This document shows, one piece after another, positions 11,320-23,245 of a DNA stretch of 64,000 nucleotides; position 1 is the stretch's first letter, and every line of letters starts with the position of its first letter. A program made the translations under genes and the position numbers. The DNA comes from Leucoraja erinacea (lineage: Eukaryota): contig NW_026576125.1 in NCBI RefSeq assembly GCF_028641065.1, positions 124,001 to 188,000 of the forward strand, in the 5' to 3' direction. The notes below the pieces were generated by a model that was not told where the DNA came from, did no database searches, and worked only from the letters and a program-made list of their open reading frames with translations.

Positions 11320-11357
11320 GGTTTTTGTATTGAGGAAGTCCCATCTCTCACACCTCG
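11320..11357 (-). promoter_or_regulatory. VH recombination signal sequence with defective heptamer
   Basis: Perfect nonamer ACAAAAACC (11328-11320) and 22-bp spacer, but the heptamer position reads CGAGGTG; only the terminal GTG remains. Confidence 0.85.
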
Positions 11358-11648
11358 CACAGTAATAGGTGGCCGTGTCGGCCAGACTCAGGCGGGTCAT
11401 TTGGAGATAGACGTTGCTGCTGTCCTTGGAAACAGTGAATCGGCCGCTGAAGGCAGGCGCGTAATCTTTGCCACCACCATTCCACATCACCGCCACCCAC
11501 TCCAGCCCTTTCCCGGGGACTTGTTTCACCCAGCTCACGGAGTAGGTGCTGAGGCTGAACCCGCTGGTTACACAGGTCAGTTTGAGGGACTCTCCGGACT
11601 TTGCCGCCTCGGTCGGTTTCTGATTCAGCACGACCGCGGATCGAACGC
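11354..11648 (-). CDS. IGHV: IgW (IgX)-type VH exon, unrearranged
   Basis: Acceptor ttttattagcag|. Open frame GVRSAVVLNQKPTEAAKSGESLKLTC...WVKQVPGKGLEWV...RFTVSKD...DTATYYCAR has both Cys and the FR2 Trp. It resembles skate IgX V regions as I recall them. Confidence 0.95.
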
Positions 11649-11778
11649 CTGCTAATAAAAGAGAAACAAAGTTGAATAAACAGTTGAAGAGGCAGAGGGT
11701 CAAAGAGTGTCCGAGAAGCAGCCCGGCCCCGAGTGGGGGTGACGCCCGCCCGCCCGTCCGCCGCGGGGGGACACCCAC

Positions 11779-11824
11779 CTGGCAGACAGGACAGAAGGAG
11801 ACAGAGATAAGCAGCGACCCCCAT
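11779..11824 (-). CDS. IGHV: Ig heavy-chain (IgW/IgX) leader exon
   Basis: ATG at 11824 gives MGVAAYLCLLLSCLP+G, a 46-bp phase-1 signal-peptide exon with donor CAG|GTGGGT and a 130-bp intron. Confidence 0.95.
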
Positions 11825-11913
11825 CACTCTGAGCACTGACACACACTTGGACACTCCAGGAATGGGCGGCTTCAGCTCAAGGCCGGCTTTGTCGGGAGCA
11901 GCAGTCAGCGCTG

Positions 11914-11930
11914 TTTAAATAGGAAAGTGA
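11914..11930 (-). promoter_or_regulatory. VH promoter TATA-like box
   Basis: TATTTAAA at 11921-11914, about 90 bp upstream of the ATG, next to an aggaaagtga ETS/IRF-like site. No octamer seen nearby. Confidence 0.6.
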
Positions 11931-12184
11931 GCTGTGAGTGAGAGACAGAGAGAGAGGTAGCCGCGGTTTCCCCACCCACTGAAACCAGAGGCGCGGCTTC
12001 CTGTCCCTGCCCCCAGCACCCAGTTCAATTCCCCAAAAGGTGTTTGTCTCCACAACAGGTGGAGGGGCAATGATGAGATCCGGATTAAAGATTGATCCCA
12101 CTCTGCTCCATCCACTCATTACAATGATGAACACTTTGTGGAGCAAGAGGTCACTCAGATCCCCAGTGAGGGGCTGAGTTAAAA

Positions 12185-12555
12185 GTCGGTGTACAGATAT
12201 CCCCCTGAGAGAGTGGGACATCTGTCAATGTAGATATCCCCTGCCTTGGGAGAGAGGGTCTAAATTTCACCGGTCAGTGAACAGATATCGTGGTGAGAGA
12301 GAGGGACTGAGAGAGACCAGTTAGTGTACAGATATCGTGGTGAGAGAGAGGGACTGAGAGAGACTGAGTCAGTGCAGATATCGTGGTGAGCGAGTGGGAC
12401 TGAGAGACTGGTCAGTGTACAGATATCCCCCTGAGCGAGTGGGACTGAGAGAGACCGGTCAGTGTACAGATATCGTGGTGAGAGAGAGGGACTGAGAGAG
12501 GCCAGTTAGTGCAGATATCCACATTAATGAGAGGACTGAGAGACACCAGTCAGTT
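12185..12555. repeat. ~42-bp minisatellite upstream of the VH promoter; resumes at ~13915-14630 with (GA)n tracts
   Basis: Repeated gtcagtgtacagatatcgtggtgagagagagggactgagaga. Confidence 0.85.
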
Positions 12556-12769
12556 TGAGTTGAGTTTATTGTCACATGTACCGAGGTACAGTGAAAAGCT
12601 TTAGTTGCATGTTAACCAGACAACAGACGGACAATACATGATTACAATTGAGCACAGTGAGCAGAAACATGATGAAGGGAATAACATGAATAAAGTTCAG
12701 TGCAAGATAAAACCAGTAAATTCTGATCAAAGATAGTGCGAGGATCTCCAATGAGGTAGATAGAGCACA

Positions 12770-13694
12770 GAAGTCAAGCTACAACAGCCAGTCGTGATGC
12801 TATGAATGAAGTCCATCTACGCCTATATCAGCGACAATCTACAACAATGTATGACCATACCGGCGACATGCTACGACCATACCGGTGACATGCTATGACC
12901 ATACTAACGACATGCTACGATCATACCGGCGACATGCTATGACCATACCGGTGACATGCTATGACCATACCAGCGACATGCTACGACAGCTGGCGACCAT
13001 CGGCAACAGTTGACGTGACTAGCTACACCAGGCTACAACAGTGGCTCCTCCATGAGTCTCCTTTTTCTCCAGGAGACGGCCCACCCAGTGTCTTCGGCTC
13101 CTGAAACAGCTCAGGGGGAAGCCTGGTGAAGTTTCTGAAGGCAGCCTCATCTTCTTGCTGGAGCTCAGTCATCAGGTTGTCATATTGGCCCAACCTGGGT
13201 CTCTACAGGGACAAGGGATTCAACCAAACACACACCTCTTCTTGGACTTCCTCTTACCCATTCTTCTTGCCCTTCTGTCTTGCTGATCTTTAAGCATGAG
13301 GGCTGCTGCAAGCAGCAGGGCTTCTTCATGTGAGAGCAATGTCCTCAGATGTTGGAAACAATACATCCCCTTTGTAACTGGGTGATTCCATTGTTTCGGA
13401 GGCCAAAATGACATGAATTGTCTTCAGTTGTCTCCGACAGTCGTAACTTGTCGTGGACGTAGGTTGACTTCGGTTGTCGCCTGTGTGGTCGTAGATTGTC
13501 GTAGGTGGACGTCCCAAGTCACGATGATTGGGTCGCCGGTTGTCGGTAGCTTGCGTTAGCTTGACTTCGACTCGGTGGTATGTTGTTGGAGTTTGTCGTA
13601 GACATTGTTGTGGGGGGGTCAAGTCGCCGGTTTTTCGGCTGCATTCTACGACTATGACAGTTGCAGGCAGTCGCCTAAGTGGGACATGCCCTTA
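12770..13694. mobile_element. Harbinger-like non-autonomous element with internal 22-bp repeats
   Basis: Right TIR aagtgggacatgccctt; ctacgaccataccggcgacatg repeats with inverted counterparts. Left TIR not seen. Confidence 0.55.
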
Positions 13695-14085
13695 AATGGC
13701 TTAATTGTAATCATGCATTGTCCTTCTGCTGACAGATTAACACACAACAAAAGCTTTTCACAATGCCTCTGTGCACATGAGAATAAACTAAACTGAACTG
13801 AACTGAAGTCAATGATGCAGTTGCAGAGGTGAGTACTGACTCCAAGTCCCTCGAGTTTGGTGATGAGCTTGGCTGGTATAATGGTCTTAAATGAGCTTGG
13901 CTGGTATAATGGTATCAGACTGTAGATATCCCATGTATGAGTGTACAGATATACCCCTGACAGTGGGACAATGTCCCAAGAGAGAGGTAATGAGGGAGAC
14001 CGATCCGTTTACAGAAGGTAGAGGGAGCGAGGGAGAGAGGGGGAGAGGGTGAGAGAGGGGGGTGAGGTGGAGAGGGCGAGAGAGC

Positions 14086-14123
<38 letters not shown>

Positions 14124-15439
14124 AACGAAGGGGGAGAGGGAGAGAGAGAGAGAGCGCTAGCTGTCAGTGTACAAACATGCCAAGAGAGAGGCATTGAGAG
14201 ACACTGGTCAGCGTACAGATATCCCCATGAGAGAGAGGGATTGGGAGACACCAGTCAATGCAGAACAGAAACATAGATAAATAGGTGCAGGAGTAGGCCA
14301 TTTGACCCTTCTGATCATGGCTGATCATCTAAAATCAGTACCACGTTCCTGCTTTTTCCCCATATTCCTTGATTCATTTAGCACTAAGAGCTAAATCTCT
14401 CTCATGAAAACATCCAGTGAATTGGCCTCCACTGTTGTCTGTAGCAGAGAATTCCACAGATTCACAACTCAGTGTACAGATATCAAGCTGAAAGAGAGGA
14501 AGTAAGGTTCACCGGTCAGTATACAGATAACCCTCTGAGAGAGAGAGAGAGAGAGAGATAGAGAGAGAGAGAGACAGAAAGCTGCAGAGAAACTGTAAGC
14601 AGTGTAAAGTTAGCCCCCTGAGAGAGATTGACAGGGAGAACCCATGCAGTGAGAGAAAGGGACTGAATTGATAAAACTTATTTGCAGAATCTTCTGCCTC
14701 CACTAACCTTGGAAGAATCAATGTGAACCAGAATATCTTGGGTGGAAGGAGGATTATATATTGGTGAGGAATTTTCTCTCCCAGAGATTAAAACTGAGTT
14801 TCACTCCTGGACAGGTGTCCCCTCACTGCTTAGAAAACCCTTTGATCTGTGTCAGCTATGGGTCTTTTGATCCATGTTTTCAAGAACAGGAAGTGCAACA
14901 CTAAGAGAAGCAGTCGCACTGAGAAACAGGAGGCTGCCCAGTCAAGGGAGCAGCCAAGTGCTCAATGGCAGGAAATCCCAGGGAGAGACGTTCTGTGGAG
15001 CATCTGTTCCTACTTCAGAATGGTCTCACAACAGTTCTAAATCATGCAGCTCCAACAGACATAGAGCAACAAACACAGCTCAATCCAACTCCCATGGCAG
15101 CTAAACAGATGTCCTGTTACCCTTTCAACCTCACTTTTACCATTGCCATTTGTCCTTTTACAGGAACTTGGGACAGTTAATGGAGATGTCTTGAGGACAG
15201 TGTGTATTATGGACATGGAGGTGGTCGATGTCCTCAGGCGTATGACAGTAGATATGAAGATTGTACAAAACATTGATGTTTGGAATGCATTACATGGGGA
15301 CGTTGTGGAAGCAGATACGACAGCAATGATTAAAAGGCATTTAGAGATAGATTAGACATTCAGTATTTTCTTTCTCTCGGGGTATGAATGTTTTGGTTCC
15401 ACTTGTATTCCAAAGTATGTTTCGCATCACATCAGTGGT

Positions 15440-15905
15440 AGGAATGTAATTGGAGAGGATTCTTTGGGATAGGATTTACTACCATTTGGAAGCCAATGGG
15501 CTAGTTAGGGACCATCAGCATGGCTTTGTACGCCACAGATCATGTCTTACTAACTTGAATGATTTTTTTGAGGAGGTGACAAAGGTGATCCATGAAGGTA
15601 GGGCAGTGGATGTTGTCCATATGGACCATAGTAAGGCATTTGAGAAAGTTCTCCATGGTTGGTTGTCCAAGAAGGGCAAAATGCACGGCCTTCAAAGTGA
15701 TTTTGTCATCTGGGTCAATACCTGTTTACTGATAGAAGACAGAGGGTTGTGGTGAATGTCGTTATTCAGAGTGGAAGTCTGTGACCAGCTGAGCTCTGCA
15801 GGGATCTGCGGACAGTGAGCAAGGATGTTAAAGTATAGATCTGCGAGGAGGATGCTATGAGGCTGCAGGGTGACTTGGATTGGTTGGGTGAGTGGGCAGA
15901 TGCAC
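15440..15905 (+). mobile_element. CR1 LINE RT fragment
   Basis: QHGFV..RSCLTNL..FFEEVT...AVDVV.MD.SKAF motif. Confidence 0.8.
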
Positions 15906-16459
15906 TCTAAAGTATAGACGATATATATCAGCTCAGAAATGGGCAAAGAAATGGAAAATTAGGTTTAATCCGACTAAATGCTGTTGTTTTTCTAAAAATG
16001 ACCGATATTCTCCACACTTGCATGAAGCACATCTCTGTCTTCAGACTCAGTCCTATTGGTCAGTTATCTTTTCAGTAACGTAAGAATTGTTTATAGGTGT
16101 TGGTCTTTAAGTCAGGGACATATTTCCATATGTCAAGCAGCCTGCTTGTTCTTTTTAGCAAGTCTGTTCCCTGTGGGATTCCCCCTGTTCAGATTAAGAC
16201 AAGCTGCGATCTCCAACAGGAAATCTGAGGTGAAGGAAATAGTGCCCACATCACTGTCCAGTTTCACACACCCATCAACAGTCAAAATATGAAACATGTT
16301 TCTGGTAAATCAACAGCTGCATGCAGAGATTGTGTTCAAATTTGTCCCATGCATAGAGGATCAGTAAAAAGGTTCTTCACCCCTACAGCCCATCCCCCCT
16401 CTCTGCTGATCTGTGTTTGAACTCCATTTATCCACCTTGGATAAATGGAGTCCTTTAAT

Positions 16460-18520
16460 CACCAAAGAAGGTGGCTCAACTGTGGCTAACAAGGAAAATG
16501 AGGGATAGTGTTAAATCCAAGGAAGAGGCATATAAATTGGCTGGAGGAAGCAGCAAACCACAGGATTGGGGGAAATTTAGAATTCAGCAGAGGAGGACAA
16601 AAGGGATTAATAAAGAGGGGAAAAATAGTATGAAAGAAAGCTTGCGGGGAATATCAAAACTGACCGTTAAAACATTTTTTGATACTGTACTGTATGTGAA
16701 GAGGAAAAGATTAGTGAAGACAAATGTAGGTACCTCAAAGTCAGAAACAGATGAATTTATAATGGGAAACAAGGAAATGGTAGACCAGTTAAACAAGTAC
16801 TTTGGTTCTGTCTTCACTAAGGAAGACACAAACAATATCCCAGAAATACTAGGGGACTGAGGATCTGGCGTGATGGAGGAACTGAAGGAAATTGATATTA
16901 GTCATGAAATGGTGTTGGGTAAACAGTTGGGACTGAAGGCCGATAAATCCACAGGGCCTGATGGTCTGCATCCCAGAGTACTCAAGGAGGTGGCCATAGA
17001 AATTGTGAATGCATTCTTGATCATTTTCCAATGTTCTATAGGCTCTGGATCAGTTCCTGTGGACTGGAGGGTAGCTAATGTAACCCCACTTTTTAAAAAA
17101 GGAGGGAGAGAGAAAACAGGGAATTATAGACCAGTTAGCCTTCCATTGATAGTGGGGAAGATGCTTGAGTCGATTATTAAATATGTAATAGCAGCGCATT
17201 TTTAAAGCAGTGACAGGATCGGTCAGTCAGCATGGATTTATGAAGGGGAAATCATGCTTGACTAATCTTCTGGAAATTTTTGAGGATGTAACAACTAGAA
17301 TGGATAAGGGAGAGCCAATGGATGTTGTGTATCTGGACATTCAAAAAGCCTTTGACAAGGCCCACACAAGAGATTTGTGTGCATAATGAGAGCACACAGT
17401 ATTGGGGGTAGGGTACTGACATGGATAGAAAACTGGTTGGCAGACAGGAAGCAAAGAGTAGGAATTAACATGGCCTTTTCAGAATGGCAGGCAATGACAA
17501 GTGGGGTGGCGCAAGGCTTGGTGCTGGGACCCCAATTATTTACAATATAGATTAACAATTTAGACAAGGGAATCAAATGTAACATCTCCACGTTTGCAGA
17601 TGATACAAAGCTGGGTGGCAGTGTGAGCTGAGGAGGATTCTAAGAGGCTGCAGGATGACTTGGATAGGTTGGGTCAGTGGGCAGTTGCATTGCAGATGCA
17701 GTATAATGTGGATACATGTGAGGTTATCTACTTTGGTGGTAAGAACAGGAAGGTGGATTATTATCTGAATGGTGTCAGATGAGGAAAAGAGGAAGTGCAG
17801 CGAGACCTGGGTTTCCCTGTACATCAATCACTGACAGTAAGCATGCAGGAACAGCAGGCAGTGAAGAAAGCTAAAGGCATTTAAGCCTTCCTACCGAGAT
17901 GATTTGAGTAAATGAGCAAGGAGGTCCTACTGCAGTTGTGCAGGGCCCTGGTGAGACCGCACCTGGAGTATTATTGTGTGCAGTTTTGGTCTTCTAATTT
18001 GTGGAAGGACATTCTTGCTATTGAGGGAGTGCAGAGTAGGTTCACCAGGTTAATTCCCAGGATGGCACGACTGACATATGATGAAAGAATGTGTCGACTG
18101 GGCTTGTATTCACTGGAATTTAGAAAGATGAGAGGGGATCTTATAGAAACATATAAAATTCTTTAGGGATTGGACAGGCTAGATGCAGGAAAAATGCTCC
18201 CGATGTTGGGGGAGTCCAGAACCAGAGTTTCAGAAAAAGGGGTAGGCCATTTAGGACTGAGATGAGGAAAAACTTTTTCACCCATGAAGTTGTGAATCTG
18301 TAAAATTCTCTGCCACAGAAGGCAATGGAGCCCAAATCGCTAGATGTTTTCAAGAGAGTTAGATATAGCTCTTTGGGCTAACGGAATCAAGGGCTATGGG
18401 GAAAAACAGGAACAGGTTACTGATTTTGGATGATCAGCCATGATCATATTGAATGGCAGTGCTGGCACAAAGGGCTGAATGGCCTACTCCTGCGCCTGTT
18501 TTCTATGTTTCTATGTTTCT
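16460..18520 (+). mobile_element. CR1 LINE, 5'-truncated, disrupted ORF2
   Basis: GPDGLHPRVLKE, NYRPVSL, FADDTK; (ttctatgt)n 3' tail. A further fragment lies at ~18827-19140. Confidence 0.9.
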
Positions 18521-20855
18521 AACATTCTGTCCATGTGGAAACTTTCAACTGAACCCCAGTCTTGACAGCTTCCAGGGGCAGTTCTGGGTTACCAATATCC
18601 TGGATGCCATGTTTATGTTTTTATCCTTGTTTGGATCCACGGCAGAGGAAGCAGATTCTTCGTCTGCTCCAGTGCATCCAGTGATTATTTTAATCTCCCC
18701 AATTACACCTTCAATTCTCCTCACCTCAGGGAGCATAGAACCAGACCTGATATTCCAACCACTTCTCTCCCACTGCCACTGTCCCTGGAGGGGATGCACC
18801 CGCTGCACCACCTCCAATACACACATCCGTCTTCACTAAGGAGGACACAAACAATCTTCCTGATGTACTAGTGGCCAGAGGATCTGGGGTGACGGAGGAA
18901 CAGAAGGAAATCCACATTAGGCTGTAAATGGTGTTGGGTAGACTGCTAGGACTGAAGGTTGATAAATCCCCAGGGCCTGATGGTCTGCATCCCAGGGCAT
19001 TTAAGGAAGTGGCTCTAGAAATCATGGATGCAATGGTGTTCATTTTCCAATGTTCTATAGATTCAGGATCAGTTCCTGTGGATTGGAGGGTAGCTAATGT
19101 TATTCCACTTTTTAAGAAATGCGGGAGAGAGAAAAAAGGAGTTTAGTATCTCCCGTGCAGATGAGGTGAGAAACGACGGTGGTCCCAGCATCAACCCCCC
19201 TCCCTTTTCTCCCCCAAGGCACGGCACACACCTCCCACCCTCACCACCGGCAGCTCTATGTCCGTCGGTCGTTCTGTCCACACCCCATGGAGTTTTAACC
19301 CCGGCCCGTAGCCAGGAACGGACCGGGTGAGTGGGGGCGTCGGTGCCTCATCCGGAGCCGGGGATGAATCTCGGGCTAAGCCGCGGGGATGAATCTCGGG
19401 CTAAGGGTCCGCTTTGATGCCCGACACCCGGGTCATTGACACTCACCTCCCCCGGACCCCAGCTGGACAAGGAGCACCTGGGCCAGCCCGCATTCCCGGG
19501 AGGGAAATGCTCCTCGGGCATCGCCAAGTCTCATCTCACTCCGGATGTTTTCGCCGCTTCACTGACACACACACACACACACACACTGGCACACACAAGG
19601 TTTAAAGGGATGTAGGCCAAATGCGGATAAATGGGACCAGTTTAGATGGGGCATCTTGATCTGCATGAACAAGATGGGATGAAGGGCCTGTTTAAATGCT
19701 GTAAGAGTATGACACATTGTAGAAAGGGTGTAATTGCTCTGGAGAGTATCCAGGGGTGATTTATGAAGATGTTGGCAGGGCTGGAATTTTTTGTTTCATT
19801 TTGGAGAAAGATTTGATAACTGGGATTGTATTCTCTGCAGTAACGGAGATGAAGGAAAAACTTAGTTGAGGTGAAAAATATTATGAGAATCGGACCTATT
19901 TTGCTTAACAAACAGTGTAGGAAGGAACTGCAGATGCTGGTTTAAACTGAAGATAGACACTAAAAACTAGTAAAACTCAGCAGGACAGGCAGCATCTCTG
20001 GAGCGATAGAATGGGTGATGTTTTGGGTCGAGATCTTCAGACTGAAGAGGTTGAAACGCAATGATTTGAGATGTGTGTTATCCAGCTAAGGGCAGAAATC
20101 AGAATCACATGTTCATCTTTATTGACGTGACACCATAATAAATATATTACAGAAAAAATAATTTAATGGTGTGGCACGGTGGCGCAGCAGTAGAGTTGCT
20201 GCCTTACTATTACATGGGTTTTCTCTGGATATTCCAGTTTCTCCCATATCTGAAAGAAGTGCTGGTTTGTAGGTTAATTGGCTTCTGTAAATTGTCCCTG
20301 GCGTGATGGACGTAACTGGTATATGATAGATTGCTGGTCAGTGTGGCCTTGGTGGGCTGAAGTGCCTGTTTCCATTATATATTTTACATATATATCTTAA
20401 TTTCATTGAACCATATGTGATTGAATATGCGGCATTATTTTCAACTTGTTTCTAAATTCAAAAGGTAAGGATGATTGATTTGTTTGTACAGACAGTGGTG
20501 GAAGTCCGACTCTTGCCTTAGTTCTCTGTGTTTTTCTCTATATATATATACGCATAACAGCATGAATATAATCTGATTTCCATACATGAATATAGTCATT
20601 CATGTGCTGCACCATGTGCTGTTGATCAGAGCCTGGCTCTATTGTGGAATGTAATCAGGAATGCAATTCAGCCTAACCTTATTCATACCTAATCCAATTT
20701 AAAGCATAAATGTTGCATTCAAGTGTAAGTTAAAAGACTCACTACAGTATGCACCAGATTGCACAATTAAAAGCTGAAAAATGCGAAAGCTCCCTACCGT
20801 GGGAGGGGGGTACAATTTCTCACTCTCAACTCTCACCCAATGTTGGCAGCCCTAT

Positions 20856-21650
20856 TAAATGTGAGATTATCCACCTTGGTGGCAAAAACAGAAAGGCAGA
20901 GTATTATTTGAATGGTGTCAAGTTGGGAAAAGGGAAAGTACAATGGGATCTGGGGGTCCTTGTACATCAGTCAATGAAAGTAAGCATTCAGGTACAGCAG
21001 GCAGTGAAGAAAGCGAATGGCATGTTGACCTTCATAACCAGAGGAGTTGAGTATTGGAGCAAAGAGGTCCTTCTACAGTTGTACAGGGCCCGAGTGAGAC
21101 CACACCTGGGGTATTTTGTGCAGTTTTGGTCCCCTAAATTGAGGAAGGACATTCTTGTTATTAAGCCAGTGCAGCGTAGGTTCACAAGGTTAATTCCCAG
21201 GATGGTGGGACTGTCATATACTGAGAGAATGGAGCGGCTTGGCTTGTATAATCTGGAATTTAGAAGGATGAGAAAGGATCTTATTGAAACATACAAGATT
21301 ATTAAGGGTTTGGACACGCTAGAGGCAGGATATATGTACCTGATGTTGGAGGAGTCCAGAACCAGGGGCCACAGTTTAAGAATAAGGGGTAAGGGATTTA
21401 GAATGGGATGAGGTAACATTTTTAACCCAGAGAGTTTGAGTCTGGGGAATTCTCTGCCTCAGAGAGCGATGGAGGCCGGTTCTCTGGATACTTTCAAGAG
21501 AGAGCTAGATAGGGCTCTTAAAGATAATGGAGTCAGGGGATATGGGGAGAAGGCAGGAACGGGGTACTGATTGTGGACGATCAGCCATGATCACAGCGAA
21601 TGGCGGTGCTGGCTCAAAGGGCCGAATGGCCTACTCCTGCACCTATTGTC
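20856..21650 (+). mobile_element. CR1 LINE 3' fragment
   Basis: 220-aa ORF with CR1 RT C-terminus plus 3' UTR. Confidence 0.85.
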
Positions 21651-22748
21651 TATTCTTCCTGAGCGGTGCTGCCCGGAATCACACCCAGAGCTCCAGATGT
21701 GGTCTAATTCTATTAAACAGCTGTTTAAACCCCACCCCCTTAGTATCCCAGTGATTCCCATCAACTGAGGCACGTTAAGAGCGTTAGTTTAAATTCAAGC
21801 TCAGGATTAATCCAAACCTAGCAATGGTCTCTCAACACAAAGCAAACCTTCCTGCTTTGTTCTTGTGCCCAATGCAATTGGTCATTTCCTTATGGAATCA
21901 CTGTCAGCTGGCGTGCATCTTTCCTGGTCCCAGCACACTGATGCAATCATAACGAAGGCACATCAGCTGAGAAGATTACGGAGAGTCGGTTTGTCAAGGA
22001 GGACTCTCTCAAACTTCCACAGGTGCACAGTAGAGAACATGCTGACTGGTCATAGAACGGGATGAGGGAACACTTTTTCACTCAGAAAGTTGTGAGTCTG
22101 TGGAATTCTCTGCCTCAGATGGTGGTGGAGGCCGGATGTCTGGATACTTTCAAGAGAGAGCTAGATAGGGCTCTTAAAGATAATGGAGTCAGGGAATATG
22201 GAGAGAAGGCAGGAACGGGGCACTGATTGTGGATGATCAGCCATGATCACAGCGAATGGCGTTGCTGACTCGAAGGGCCGAATGGCCTACTCCTGCACCG
22301 ATTGTCTATTGTCTATCCTTCCAGATCGGTGCTGCCTGGAATCACACCCAGAGCACCAGATGTGGTCTAACCAGAGCTCTATTAAACAGCAGCATAAAGC
22401 CCACCCCCTTTGTATCCCAGTGATTCCCATCAACTGAGGCACGTTAAGAGCATTGGTTTAAATTCAAGCTCAGGATTAAACCAAACCTAGCAATGGTCTC
22501 TCAACACAAAGCAAACCTTCCTGCTTTGCTCTTGTGCCCAATGCAATTGGTCATTTCCTTATGGAATCACTGTCTGTCAGCTGGCATGCATATTTCCGAA
22601 GGTCTTTCCTGGTCCCAGCACACTGATGCAATCATAATGAAGGCACATCAGCGCCTCTACTTCCTGTGAAGATTACGGAGAGTCGGTATGTCAAGGAGGA
22701 CTCTCCCGCACTTCTACAGGTGCACAGTAGAGAGCATACTGACTGGTT
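21400..22748. repeat. Local tandem duplication (~650-bp unit: CR1 3' end, spacer, Rex1 fragment)
   Basis: 21400-22045 matches 22055-22748, e.g. gattcccatcaactgaggcacgttaagag occurs in both. Confidence 0.8.
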
Positions 22749-23245
22749 GCATTGTGGCTTGGTTCGTTAACTTGAACGTCCAGGGGCGGAAAAGAATGCA
22801 GAAAGTTGTGACCACTGCACAGTCCACCATCGGCTCTGACCTCCCCACATCGAAGGGACCTATCGCAGTCGCTGGCTCAAAAAGCCTGCCAACATCATCA
22901 AGGACCCACACCATCCTGGCCACACACTCATCTCTCCGTTGCCATCAGGAAGAAGGTACAGGAGCTTGAAAACTGGAACATCCAGGTTCAGGAACAGCAA
23001 CTTCCCCACAGCCATCAGGCTATTAAACACGCCATCAAACAAACTCTGAACAATAGCAGCCTATTGCAACATATCCGGTTATTTATTGTGTATATATATG
23101 GTCTATGGTCTACAGACACACTGAACTTTTATCTCCTTTTCTGAATTATGTTTACATATTCTGTTGTGCTGCAGCAAGCAAGAATGTCATTGCCCTATCT
23201 GGGACACATGACAATAAAACTCTCTTGACTTGACTGGACTTGACT
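22580..23245 (+). mobile_element. Rex1/Babar LINE 3' fragment
   Basis: FYRCTVESILTGCI.AWF motif and (cttga)n tail. Confidence 0.75.

Noticed and set aside
11358-11364. Embedded TACTGTG heptamer as a substitute V RSS
   Set aside because: This is the usual cryptic heptamer in the YYC codons. It faces the opposite direction and has no nonamer.
1808-11824. IgM or IgNAR identity
   Set aside because: Two C exons followed by a separate long Cys-rich tail fit IgW. The V has a conventional FR2/CDR2, unlike IgNAR.
12185-12555. CRISPR-like periodic array
   Set aside because: Head-to-tail minisatellite without unique spacers, in a vertebrate genome, with no cas genes.
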